From Armatimonadota bacterium (GTDB taxonomy: Bacteria; Armatimonadota; SYMT01): a stretch of DNA of 64,000 bases. The stretch covers positions 640,001 through 704,000 of the forward strand of contig JAWLHY010000001.1 of assembly GCA_041690135.1 (NCBI GenBank), written 5' to 3'. Below the pieces are notes generated by a model that made no database searches, was not told the origin of the DNA, and saw only the letters and a program-made list of their open reading frames with translations. Shown here one piece after another: positions 49,199 through 58,242 of this stretch (the first letter of the stretch is position 1; each line of letters opens with the position of its first letter). The position numbers and the translations under genes are program-made.

Positions 49199-49876
49199 CT
49201 ACTGGCAAAGCAATGCCCCTAGTCGCCGCGTTTGGTCGCGGCGCCGTGTGTAGAGGGACTCCGTCGCCTCGTGCACGAGGTCGAGGACCTCGGGTTCGGC
49301 CAACTCGGGGGAGCCGGCGCGGAAGGGTGGCTGGGGGTTGTACTCCAACTGGAGCTGGATTGCCTGGGCAGCCTGGTCCCCGGCGATGTGGGCTGCGAGG
49401 AAGAGCCCCATGTCGATGCCGGCGCACACGCCCCCGGCGGTGATGCGGCTGCGGTCCAGCACCACCCGGTTACGGACCGGCTGGGCTCCCAGGTCTCGCA
49501 GGCAGTCCAGATAACGCCAGTGAGTGGTGGCGCGATAGCCCTTGAGCAGGCCCGCCGCGCCGAGCAGCAGGGACCCGGTGCAAACGGCGGCCAGCCAGCG
49601 CGCCGTCTCCGCCTGCTGGCGGAGAAATGCCAGAAACAGAGGGTCCTCCATCCGGTCGATCTGCCCGGGGCCGCCCGGCACGAGCACGGCGTCAAAGGCC
49701 GGGGCTTCCGTCCAACCATACTCGGCGTGGAGACCGAGGCCGTGCTGGGCGCGGATGGAGCCCGCTGCCGGGCCTACAGTGGTAACCGTGACCTCCGGCA
49801 CCCGCGCCAGGACCTCAAACGGCCCTACGGCGTCCAGCGCCGTTACATCGGGAAACAACACCAATCCGATCCGCAC
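49199..49876 (-). CDS. DJ-1/PfpI family protein (isonitrile hydratase-like)
   Basis: LDAVGPFEV, VPGGPG, AVCTGS, ATTHW, QLQLEYNPQPPF. Confidence 0.92.
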   Translation of the reverse strand: MRIGLVLFPDVTALDAVGPFEVLARVPEVTVTTVGPAAGSIRAQHGLGLHAEYGWTEAPAFDAVLVPGGPGQIDRMEDPLFLAFLRQQAETARWLAAVCTGSLLLGAAGLLKGYRATTHWRYLDCLRDLGAQPVRNRVVLDRSRITAGGVCAGIDMGLFLAAHIAGDQAAQAIQLQLEYNPQPPFRAGSPELAEPEVLDLVHEATESLYTRRRDQTRRLGALLCQ

Positions 49877-49908
49877 TGCTCACTGCCCTCCTACCGCTAG
49901 ACTGCGCG

Positions 49909-52098
49909 CTAGTGTGCCACGCCGGACGGTTCGGCGTCAATGGCCCCTTCAAGGGCTCCGCGCAGCACCGGAAGCGTTCCCACCCGTACATAGGGTCGGT
50001 CCTGACCGCGAGCGCGCATCAACTCGTCTCCGGCCAATACGCCGACCCAAAGGTGCAACTCTTTACCCCACTGAGCGGGGGGCACGTAGACCTCGAACTC
50101 TTCCAGTAGTCCGTGGGGAAGCTGCGCGCGTTTCTTCGCGCCGCGGACCTGTCCCAGGTGGTGGTTGTTGTGGAACTCGGGTACGCCGTCGGGGCGGGTT
50201 GGGTAATTGCCCTCGGCATCGGCAAAGAGGACGCGGGCCACGGCCGACTTGCCTAGTTCGGGATCGTTGACACGCCAGAGGTACTTCAGGCGGTACCACG
50301 GCACTCCGTCGCGTACTTCCGCCGCCACGTCATACGCCAGCAACTCCAATCCCGGCGGATCCTTGCGCGGGCCGTCGTGAGGATCGAAAGCCGCGGCGGG
50401 CTGGCTGTCTTCGTTTAACTCCACCTCCCGGGAAGGCGGCGTCTTGCGCAGTTCGAAGAACGGCACGTTCGTGGTGGTCACGTGGGCGTACTGGTCGAGG
50501 ATCCCCTTCATCCACGGCTCTTCGAGCGTATCGTCCGGCGCCAGAACATAAAGGGGACGGTGCCCGTAGTTGTCCGCGACGATCTGCGTGAGCAGGCAAT
50601 TGTCGGTGTGGAATCCTCGCGGGGCTCGCAGGTAGCAGTCCGGGGGGTTGACCCGCAACCCCTCCGCCTTCAAACGCGTGGTGAGGCGCAGTCGCTCCGG
50701 AAGAAGCGCGTTGTAGATACTGACGATGGTAACGTCGGTGCGGCGGCGCTCGACGTACCGGACATAGAGGAGGGGGAAGTAGGGATTATCGCCTGCGGCG
50801 ATCAGCACGGCGTTCGGCTTCAAGGCCTGAAGCGCCGCCCGGGCGTAGGTGTGGGCGGTCCAGTCCTGGCTCTTGTCATTGGCGGCCCAATTGCTGGCAA
50901 GCGAGGAGCCGGGCAGCATCAGCAGCGCGGCGGATAGCGCCAGCCCCAGGGTTTTCCGGCGGGAAGGCGCGACCTGCACGCGTTTCCAGAGGAGCGCCAA
51001 CCACACCCCCACGAGGCGGAGCCCGTAGCCGATCCAGAGAGCCACCACCAGGTGTGAAACGAGGTAGTAGACCTCGATGTCGTAGATGTCGTAGTTGATC
51101 GAGTAGAGCACGTTCACCGCATACACCAGCGCGGTGACGGCCAGCCAGCGCGGGCGCCGGCGCAGCATGCTCAAGGCGCCGAGCAGTCCCAGGGCGAGGA
51201 GAGCCGGGGGGAACTGGGTGAGCAAGAACCCCGGGTTCTCCGCGGTCGGCGCCGCCGCGTACTTGCCGAACTGCGTGGCGAGCTCCGCCAGGTCCTTGCT
51301 GAACATGTTCGTGCGGTACTGGCGCCCGCTCACGTGGTCCAGGAAGTTCTGCCAGGTGCGGGGGTCGCCCCAGTTAGCGGGTGGATCCCGGTGGGCGGCC
51401 CAGGGGAGGTAGAGATAAAGCAGGAGGGGCAGCAGGAACAGCGGCAAGGTCCAGAACAACTGCCGTGCGAACGCGCCGCGGTGCTTCGACGTGGCGGCCA
51501 GCACCACCAGGGCCGGCGCCACCAGCACGCTCATCAGGTGATGCGTGAAGGATAGCCCGTACACCAATGCCGTGACGGCGAGCCACCGCCGGGAGCCGGT
51601 GCGATCCCACTCCAGCACGGCCAGCAAGGTAGCGGCAGTGAGCAGCAGGTGAAAGGCATAGACTTCCGCGATGACCGCCTGGCTCCAGAACGTTCGGCTA
51701 AAGGCGAAAAGGAGGGCGGCAGCCAACGCGGCAGGCCGCGAGCGGGTCAGGCGGAAAGCGACCAGGAAGAGGAGTGCGACTGCCGCCGCGGCCGAGAGCG
51801 CGGAGAGCAGGTTCATCCGGTAGGCTATTGACCCGAACGGGAAGCAGCGCAAGAACGCGTGGCCCAGAAGCATGTAGGTCGGGTAGCCGGTGGGGTGGGG
51901 CACTCCCGCGAAGTAAGCGGCCGTGGTCAGCTCCGGGCTATCCCCCCAGGCAATCGAAACGCACAGCGTGCGGACATAAACCGCCAGCGACAGGAGGCCG
52001 AGCAGGGCCGCCATCACCCCGGGCCGGCGGAACCAGGAAAGGCCCTGCCGCGAGAACTGTGGGGCGTACTTCCGGGGGACTGTCTCAGCTTCGCTCAC
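49909..52098 (-). CDS. DUF2723 / TMEM260-like GT-C membrane glycosyltransferase
   Basis: GDSPEL, GVPHPTGYP, FWSQAVIAEVY, YLPW..H..P..NWGDP, GDN.YFPL.Y. Confidence 0.88.
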   Translation of the reverse strand: MSEAETVPRKYAPQFSRQGLSWFRRPGVMAALLGLLSLAVYVRTLCVSIAWGDSPELTTAAYFAGVPHPTGYPTYMLLGHAFLRCFPFGSIAYRMNLLSALSAAAAVALLFLVAFRLTRSRPAALAAALLFAFSRTFWSQAVIAEVYAFHLLLTAATLLAVLEWDRTGSRRWLAVTALVYGLSFTHHLMSVLVAPALVVLAATSKHRGAFARQLFWTLPLFLLPLLLYLYLPWAAHRDPPANWGDPRTWQNFLDHVSGRQYRTNMFSKDLAELATQFGKYAAAPTAENPGFLLTQFPPALLALGLLGALSMLRRRPRWLAVTALVYAVNVLYSINYDIYDIEVYYLVSHLVVALWIGYGLRLVGVWLALLWKRVQVAPSRRKTLGLALSAALLMLPGSSLASNWAANDKSQDWTAHTYARAALQALKPNAVLIAAGDNPYFPLLYVRYVERRRTDVTIVSIYNALLPERLRLTTRLKAEGLRVNPPDCYLRAPRGFHTDNCLLTQIVADNYGHRPLYVLAPDDTLEEPWMKGILDQYAHVTTTNVPFFELRKTPPSREVELNEDSQPAAAFDPHDGPRKDPPGLELLAYDVAAEVRDGVPWYRLKYLWRVNDPELGKSAVARVLFADAEGNYPTRPDGVPEFHNNHHLGQVRGAKKRAQLPHGLLEEFEVYVPPAQWGKELHLWVGVLAGDELMRARGQDRPYVRVGTLPVLRGALEGAIDAEPSGVAH

Positions 52099-52271
52099 GC
52101 TTCATCCTTCCGGTGGAAGCAGAGGCTCGAGTCGGTCCATCGAGGCACTCCCACCAGGAAGAGTATCGGCGAGTCCGCGCCCACGGATAGGGTAACCGCC
52201 CCCTGATCCTCACTCGCGCGGGGGCAGCACGCTCCAGGTGGGCTATAATTCCGAACAATGAGGGACACGCC

Positions 52272-53060
52272 GTGGAGTTGATCAACTGGCCCTGGTTGGA
52301 GGATCTCCTCGTCCGCGCTTGCGACGCCGAAATTCGCGCGTTCGGACAGACCCATCCCCAGGAGCGCTTTTTCGCTTTCGCACTCGAGTTCGACGGCCTG
52401 ACGGGAACGCTCCATCTTTCCTACGGGACGCGGGAGGCCGTCGAGGCCGCCGTGGCCTCGCTTCCCCCCACGGACGCCGAGGCGATGGCCTGTTACCGCG
52501 CGATCGAGCTCCGTCCCGAGAACTGGGAGCACCGCTGTCGCCCGGTGCTCGACCCGACCGGCTCGTGGGACGCGGCGGAGCGGATCCTGGAGAAGTTCCG
52601 GGCGAACGTCTCCGGCGACCGCCAGGCCGACTTGCTGGCGGACCTGGATCCCGAAGCGGACGAGAAGGCTGGGGAAGTCGCCGAGTTTTACTGGCTGCGG
52701 TTCGAATTCCTGGCCGAGTGCGTGGTGCGTCGGCTCCATGAAAAGGATTCCTTCAACACGCTGAACCGCGAGACCGAGTTTCTTGCGTATGCGTGTAATG
52801 AGCACGAGTACCTGGAAGAGCTGGAGGACCGGCTCCAGAAGCACTATCCGCGCTATCGACGGGCGACGGCCGAGTGGGTAGCGCATCCCCGGTTCGGGCT
52901 TCCCTCCTTTCAGGGTTGCCGGGGCGAAGGGTGCCACGCTCCGCGTGGCTCGCGGGACCTGCAGCGGTGCACGTGCTGTCACCGCTGGTACTGCGAGGCG
53001 TGCCGGTCCAGCCATCGGCATCCCGAACTCGCCCACCGCTTGTCCCTTTTCATCGATTGA
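52272..53060 (+). CDS. DUF4303-like protein with C-terminal Cys/His zinc finger
   Basis: N-terminal W..LE..L......I..F...HP.E.FFAFAL pattern; C-terminal CRGEGC...CTCCHRWYCEACRSSHRH; TATAAT at about 52244. Confidence 0.6.
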   Translation: MELINWPWLEDLLVRACDAEIRAFGQTHPQERFFAFALEFDGLTGTLHLSYGTREAVEAAVASLPPTDAEAMACYRAIELRPENWEHRCRPVLDPTGSWDAAERILEKFRANVSGDRQADLLADLDPEADEKAGEVAEFYWLRFEFLAECVVRRLHEKDSFNTLNRETEFLAYACNEHEYLEELEDRLQKHYPRYRRATAEWVAHPRFGLPSFQGCRGEGCHAPRGSRDLQRCTCCHRWYCEACRSSHRHPELAHRLSLFID

Positions 53061-53083
53061 TCACGCACCCGGGAGACGGAAGC

Positions 53084-54415
53084 ATGCGACGCCGCACCCT
53101 CCTGGCCCTGGGACTGCTGGCCGCCGGACTGTACGCCGGCACCGCAGCCCAGGCCAACCTCGAAGAGTACGTCAAGAACCCCACGTCCGAGTATTCCTGG
53201 ACCAAGCAGAACGAAACGGCGGCCGGCCCCGTGAAGATCATCAACCTCAAGCTTCGCTCGCAGGTGTGGCGGGAGATCCCGTGGGACCACACCGTGCAGA
53301 TCTTTCTGCCGCAAAAACTGACTCACCCGAAGACGGCCCTGATGTATGTGACGGGCGGCGATCCCAGCTTTAGCGGTACGGTCCTCGGCGCCTCAGTCGC
53401 CCCGAAGGTCGAAGCGCCCGTCATCGTCCTCTACAACATCCCCAACCAGCCGTTGTTCAAGATGAAAGAGGACGACCTGATCGCGCACACGTTCGACCGG
53501 TACATCGAAACCGGCGACGAGACCTGGCCGCTCCTCTTCCCGATGGTCAAGAGCGCCGTGCGGGCGATGGATGCCGTCCAGGCCCTGTCGCGCCAGGAAT
53601 GGAACACGCCGGTGGAGGATTTCGTGGTGACGGGCGCCTCGAAGCGCGGTTGGACCACGTACCTGACCGGCGCTTCGGATCCCCGCGTGCGGGCGATCGC
53701 GCCGATGGTGTTCGACAACCTGAAGTTTCGGGCGCAGATGCCGCGACAGGTAGAGCTGTGGGGCAAATACAGCGAGCAGATCGATGACTATACCCGGCGC
53801 GGATTGCAGCAGAAGATGGAGACGCAGCGGGGGCGGAAGTTGACCACGATGATCGACCCGTGGTTCTACCGCAAGAACCTGAAGATGCCGAAGTTGCTGG
53901 TCCACGGCGCGAATGACCGGTACTGGGGAACGGACTCCACCCGGCTCTACTGGGACGACCTGCCGGGCGACAAGTACCTGCTGAGCATTCCTAACGCGGG
54001 GCATGGACTGGAAGATCAGAACCGCCTCCTGAACACCGTGGGAGCCTTTTTCCACCTGGTGGCGGCCGATCGGAAGCTGCCGGAGTTGACTCCCCGCTTT
54101 CAGGTGAACCGGAGCGGTATCAAGCTGCGCGTCCGCACCAGCGAGCATCCAAAAACCATGCGAGCCTGGGTGGTCCGCGCGGAGGACCTCGACTTCCGTC
54201 CCATGAAGTGGCAGGAGCAATCGATGGAGCGGGACGGCCACCATTGGGAAGTCAAGCTGGAGCGTCCCGAAACGGGTGGGGTCGCGGTCTTCGCCGAGGC
54301 CGAGTACGAGATCGACGGGCGGACCTTTACGCTTTCCACCCCGGCGCGGGTTTACGGCAAGCGACCGGAAAGGGTCGCGGCCACGACAGATAAGTCCGGT
54401 AAGGCGAGCGACTAG
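53084..54415 (+). CDS. PhoPQ-activated pathogenicity protein PqaA family (secreted alpha/beta hydrolase)
   Basis: Signal peptide, LEEYV, SQVW....W.H, PNQPL...EDDLIA, FPMVKSAVRAMD, GASKRGWTT, IPNAGH. Confidence 0.9.
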   Translation: MRRRTLLALGLLAAGLYAGTAAQANLEEYVKNPTSEYSWTKQNETAAGPVKIINLKLRSQVWREIPWDHTVQIFLPQKLTHPKTALMYVTGGDPSFSGTVLGASVAPKVEAPVIVLYNIPNQPLFKMKEDDLIAHTFDRYIETGDETWPLLFPMVKSAVRAMDAVQALSRQEWNTPVEDFVVTGASKRGWTTYLTGASDPRVRAIAPMVFDNLKFRAQMPRQVELWGKYSEQIDDYTRRGLQQKMETQRGRKLTTMIDPWFYRKNLKMPKLLVHGANDRYWGTDSTRLYWDDLPGDKYLLSIPNAGHGLEDQNRLLNTVGAFFHLVAADRKLPELTPRFQVNRSGIKLRVRTSEHPKTMRAWVVRAEDLDFRPMKWQEQSMERDGHHWEVKLERPETGGVAVFAEAEYEIDGRTFTLSTPARVYGKRPERVAATTDKSGKASD

Positions 54416-54420
54416 CTTTC

Positions 54421-55158
54421 ATGAGCGAGCCGCCCGATTCCCGGCTGAGGCCCAGCGGAGGGTACCGGCGGCTGCGCTCGTTTCAGGTGGCCACGGTCAT
54501 CTACGACGGCACGGTGGCCTTCTGCGGACGGTTTATGGATAGCCGCTCCCGCACGGTGGACCAGATGGTGCAGGCGGCGCGGAGCGGCCGGCAGAATATC
54601 GCCGAAGGCAGCCGGGCCGCGGCCACCTCCAGCCAGACCGAGTTGCGCCTGGTTAATGTCGCCCGCGCCAGCCTGGACGAGTTGCTGCTGGACTACGAAG
54701 ATTTCCTCCGCCAGCGCAGCCTGCGACAGTGGGGGAAGGACGACCCGGAGGCCCGAGCCGTTCGTCGGGTTGGGATGCAGCCTTCCGAAGGGGGCGGCGC
54801 ATCTGGGGATGCCGACTATAGTCACTGGCTCACCCACACCGACCCCGCGGTGGCGGCTAACGCATTGATTTGCCTGATCCACCAGGCAAACTACCTGCTG
54901 GACCGGCAGATCGCGGGCATTGAGCGGCAGTTCATCAACGAGGGCGGGTACAGCGAGAAACTGGCGGCTGCCAGGCTGGCACAACGGGAGCGGCAGCGCC
55001 AGGGCTGCACTGCCGAGCTTGCGAGTTCCGGTGCACCCACTTGCCGCCTCTGCGGCAAAAGCATGGTCTTGCGCACGGTTCGCAAGGGTGAACGCGCCGG
55101 CACCCATTTTTGGGGCTGCTCGGGATACCCCGAGTGCAAAGGCACACGCTCAGTTTGA
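54421..55158 (+). CDS. Four-helix-bundle protein with suffix domain and topoisomerase-type C4 zinc finger
   Basis: GGYRRL.SF, RTVDQMVQAARSGRQNIAEG, VARASLDELLLDYEDFL, YLLDRQI..IE..F..EGG..E, CRLCG..M....FWGCSGYPEC. Confidence 0.92.
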   Translation: MSEPPDSRLRPSGGYRRLRSFQVATVIYDGTVAFCGRFMDSRSRTVDQMVQAARSGRQNIAEGSRAAATSSQTELRLVNVARASLDELLLDYEDFLRQRSLRQWGKDDPEARAVRRVGMQPSEGGGASGDADYSHWLTHTDPAVAANALICLIHQANYLLDRQIAGIERQFINEGGYSEKLAAARLAQRERQRQGCTAELASSGAPTCRLCGKSMVLRTVRKGERAGTHFWGCSGYPECKGTRSV

Positions 55159-55195
55159 TCCGACGGATCCGACGGATCGGACGGATCCGACTGAT
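55157..55195. repeat. Nonamer tandem repeat (GATCCGACG)x4
   Basis: GATCCGACG GATCCGACG GATCGGACG GATCCGACT GAT, overlapping the TGA of the four-helix-bundle gene. Confidence 0.9.
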
Positions 55196-55202
55196 AACAA
55201 CC

Positions 55203-56147
55203 ATGAACCCAAACCGCACCGTACTCCTGATCACCCTGGCAGCCACCACCCTGGCGGTAGGTGCTACCGGCCAGCGGAAGCCCGACCTGGGGCCGAATGC
55301 CAGCCTGAACGGGCGCCGGCCGTTCCCGCCGAACAATCCCTGGAACACGCCCGTGGACCGGTTGCCGGTGGACCCCAATTCGGACCGGCTCATCGCCAGC
55401 ATCGGCCACACTCGCCTGCATCCCGATTTCGGCGCCAACCTCGGGGGCAAACCGTACGGCATCCCCTACATCGTGGTGGCAGGAAATACTCGCAAAGTCC
55501 CCGTGACATTCGAGTACAAAGACGAAAGCGACTCGGGGCCGTATCCCATCCCGCCCAATGCGCCCATCGAAGGCGGGCCCCAGGCCGATGGGGACCGGCA
55601 CGTACTGGTGGTCGACCGGGACAATTGGAAGCTTTACGAACTGTTTAGCGCGTTTCCACAGGGCCGCGGCTGGAAGGCCGGATCGGGCGCGGTTTTCGAT
55701 CTCAATTCGAACAAGCTGCGGCCGGCGGGCTGGACTTCCGCGGACGCGGCGGGGCTGCCGGTTTTCCCCGGCCTCGCCAGGTATGACGAGGTGGTTCAGC
55801 AGAAGGCGATCCATCACGCGCTCCGCTTTACGGCGCGGGTGACCCGCAGGGCCTATGTCCATCCCGCGAGGCACTGGGCGAGCCGGCGAACCGAACCCAA
55901 CCTACCGCCGATGGGAATGCGCGTCCGCCTGAAGGCGAACTACGATATCTCGCGCTTCCCGCCGGCCGCCAGGGTCGTTCTGACCGCACTCAAGAAGTAC
56001 GGGATGATCCTGGCCGATAACGGCGGCAACTGGTTCGTCTCGGGCGCCCCCGACCCCCGCTGGCCGGATGCCGAGATCGAGGCTTTGAAGCGCGTCAACG
56101 GTCGCGACTTCGAGGTCGTGAAGATGGGAAAAGTCGTGACGGACTGA
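55203..56147 (+). CDS. Secreted conserved-type hypothetical protein
   Basis: Signal peptide; FPPNNPWN, LHPDFG, YGIPY, DESDSGPYPIP, GDRHVLV, WTSADAAGLP, HALRFT. Confidence 0.85.
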   Translation: MNPNRTVLLITLAATTLAVGATGQRKPDLGPNASLNGRRPFPPNNPWNTPVDRLPVDPNSDRLIASIGHTRLHPDFGANLGGKPYGIPYIVVAGNTRKVPVTFEYKDESDSGPYPIPPNAPIEGGPQADGDRHVLVVDRDNWKLYELFSAFPQGRGWKAGSGAVFDLNSNKLRPAGWTSADAAGLPVFPGLARYDEVVQQKAIHHALRFTARVTRRAYVHPARHWASRRTEPNLPPMGMRVRLKANYDISRFPPAARVVLTALKKYGMILADNGGNWFVSGAPDPRWPDAEIEALKRVNGRDFEVVKMGKVVTD

Positions 56148-56259
56148 GACGGCTACGTGGCGGCGGTACTTACCTGCCGCCAAGCCATAGGGCCCGTAGG
56201 GGATGCGAGGTAGGCCAATAGGATGGACTGAAAACAAGCGTGGGCCAGATCGGCAATCG

Positions 56260-56649
56260 TCAGTTAGTGGCGCCATGGGATCTGAGCAGGGCTACGATCC
56301 GCTGGTTCTTCCGCCCTTGGGCGATGGAGAGGGCAGGTTCAAACCAGCGGCCGGTGGAGTTAGGATCGGCACCCTTTCGGAGGAGAGCTTCCACTACCCG
56401 CTGGTCGTTATGTTCGACGGCTGACCCTAAAGCGCTGTAGGAATAGTTGTGGAGTGGCCACCAATAATCGACGCGGGCGTTAGGGCTCCCGCCGCGGATG
56501 ATCGCCTCTTCCACCTTTGCAGCGCTGCGAGAGTATGCTGCAGAAAGCACCGCTGCATCCAGTTGACCCTGGCGAATACGTCCGAAAGCACCCGCGACTA
56601 CTCCAAGCGCGACCGCAAGCATGATGAGATAACAGAGGGGTCGTTTCAT
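56260..56649 (-). CDS. Small ankyrin repeat protein with N-terminal signal/TM
   Basis: GGSPNAR, ALGSAV....VVEALLRKGADPN, IVALLRSHGA; ATGA overlap is absent but it follows the DUF1501 gene by 25 nt. Confidence 0.75.
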   Translation of the reverse strand: MKRPLCYLIMLAVALGVVAGAFGRIRQGQLDAAVLSAAYSRSAAKVEEAIIRGGSPNARVDYWWPLHNYSYSALGSAVEHNDQRVVEALLRKGADPNSTGRWFEPALSIAQGRKNQRIVALLRSHGATN

Positions 56650-56673
56650 CGTGGCCCGGTGCTCGGAACGACG

Positions 56674-58026
56674 TCATGCGAGGAGTGCGCGGATTGGCTC
56701 CCCGGTGGCGATGCGCCATGGGCGGTCGAGGTGGTCGCGGTATTCCTTGGCGGCGTCGATACCGAGCAGGGAGTAGATGGTGGCGACCACTTCTTCCGGG
56801 GTGTACCCGATGCCTTCCGGATAGGCGGCTTCGCGGTCGGAGCCGCCGAGCACCTGTCCCGTCTTGATGCCGGCGCCGGCAAACAGGGCGGCGTTGCACG
56901 CCGGCCAGTGGTCCCGGCCCGCCTGGGCGTTGACCTTGGGAGTGCGGCCGAACTCGCTCATTACCAGGACCAGGGTGCGGTCGAGCAGGCCGCGTCGGGT
57001 CATATCCTCCAGCAGGGCGGAATAGGCGGCGTCCAGGTTGGGGCCGTGGGTCTCACGGAGAGTCTTGAAGTTGTTATCGTGCGTGTCCCAGTACATCCCC
57101 CAGTAGGTGGTGTCGATCGTCACGAAGCGGGCGCCATGCTCGATCAGGCGCCGAGCCAGCAGGCAACTCTGCCCCAGCACGTTCCGGCCATAAGCGTCGC
57201 GGAGGGCCGAAGGCTCCTGCCGAAGGTCGAAAGCGCCCCGGAGATGAGCGGATCCGACCAGGTCGTAAGCTTGTGCGTAATGCGTATCGCGAGCGGCCAG
57301 GCTTTCCACGACCGCATCGTGATCGCGAAAGCCCTGTTCCACGCGTCCCAGCAACCGGCGCCGCCGCTCGAAGCGGTTTTCGTCCACGGCCGCCGCGCGA
57401 GCGAGGTCTCGGACATCGAACTTGTCGCTGTTGGGATCGCCGTTCACTTCGAACGGCGCGCACCGTCTCGACAGGAAGGCGTTGTACGCCCCGTTGTAGG
57501 AGGCGACCGGCACGCAGATGTAGGGAGGCAGTGCGTTCCTGGGGCCCAACTCCTGCACGACGACCGAACCGAGACTGGGCTGGTCCTGGCTGGGGTCGCG
57601 GAGCGCGAAGAAGGGCCGTACCGGCTTGTAGCCCGTGAGCTGCCAGACGTGGGCGCCCTCGTGCTCTCCGCGGTTGTGGGTGATGCCCCGCAGCATCGCG
57701 AACTTATCCGCGTGCCTGGCGACCCGGGGGAGCAGTTCGGAGATTTCCAACCCGGCTACATTGGTCTTGATCGGTTTGAACTCGCCCCGGACTTCCGCGG
57801 GGGCCTCGGGCTTCATGTCCCACAGGTCCTGATGGCTGGGCCCCCCGGAAAGCCAGATCAGCAGGACCGAGTCGGCGGGGGCGGCGCGGGTACGGCCGAC
57901 GGCCGCCTGGGCGGCGCGAGCCCGCAACAGGTCGTCCAGGCCCAGCCCCAGGGCGCCCAGCCCGCCGACCTGCAGCACACCGCGACGGTTGAGCCGTCGA
58001 AAGCCATCACAACAGGTATCGCGCAT
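56674..58026 (-). CDS. DUF1501 domain protein
   Basis: CDG...RRGVLQVG, WLSGGPSHQDLWDMKP, YG..LGQSCLLARRL, WDTH, SEFGRTP, GRDHWP. Confidence 0.94.
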   Translation of the reverse strand: MRDTCCDGFRRLNRRGVLQVGGLGALGLGLDDLLRARAAQAAVGRTRAAPADSVLLIWLSGGPSHQDLWDMKPEAPAEVRGEFKPIKTNVAGLEISELLPRVARHADKFAMLRGITHNRGEHEGAHVWQLTGYKPVRPFFALRDPSQDQPSLGSVVVQELGPRNALPPYICVPVASYNGAYNAFLSRRCAPFEVNGDPNSDKFDVRDLARAAAVDENRFERRRRLLGRVEQGFRDHDAVVESLAARDTHYAQAYDLVGSAHLRGAFDLRQEPSALRDAYGRNVLGQSCLLARRLIEHGARFVTIDTTYWGMYWDTHDNNFKTLRETHGPNLDAAYSALLEDMTRRGLLDRTLVLVMSEFGRTPKVNAQAGRDHWPACNAALFAGAGIKTGQVLGGSDREAAYPEGIGYTPEEVVATIYSLLGIDAAKEYRDHLDRPWRIATGEPIRALLA

Positions 58027-58242
58027 CGCTTCCCGCTTCCTCGTGCCGCTCGGGACCCCTTCCGTGACTGGGAATTAAGACACGTTGGCGAGGGGGCGGT
58101 TGCGCGGAAACCTCCAGCCGCGGTGGGCGAGGTACTGCGGTTTTCTTGGTTGTGACCGGGATTACTCGCGAGGGAGGAACGTATTGTCCGGAGCGCGGAA
58201 GTGACTGTCAGACATCCCTCGCGCCACCGGAGTCCCGCCTAC

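Noticed and set aside
54421-55158. Diversity-generating retroelement (Avd) or 23S rRNA intervening sequence
   Set aside because: No reverse transcriptase, no TR/VR pair and no rRNA sequence nearby.
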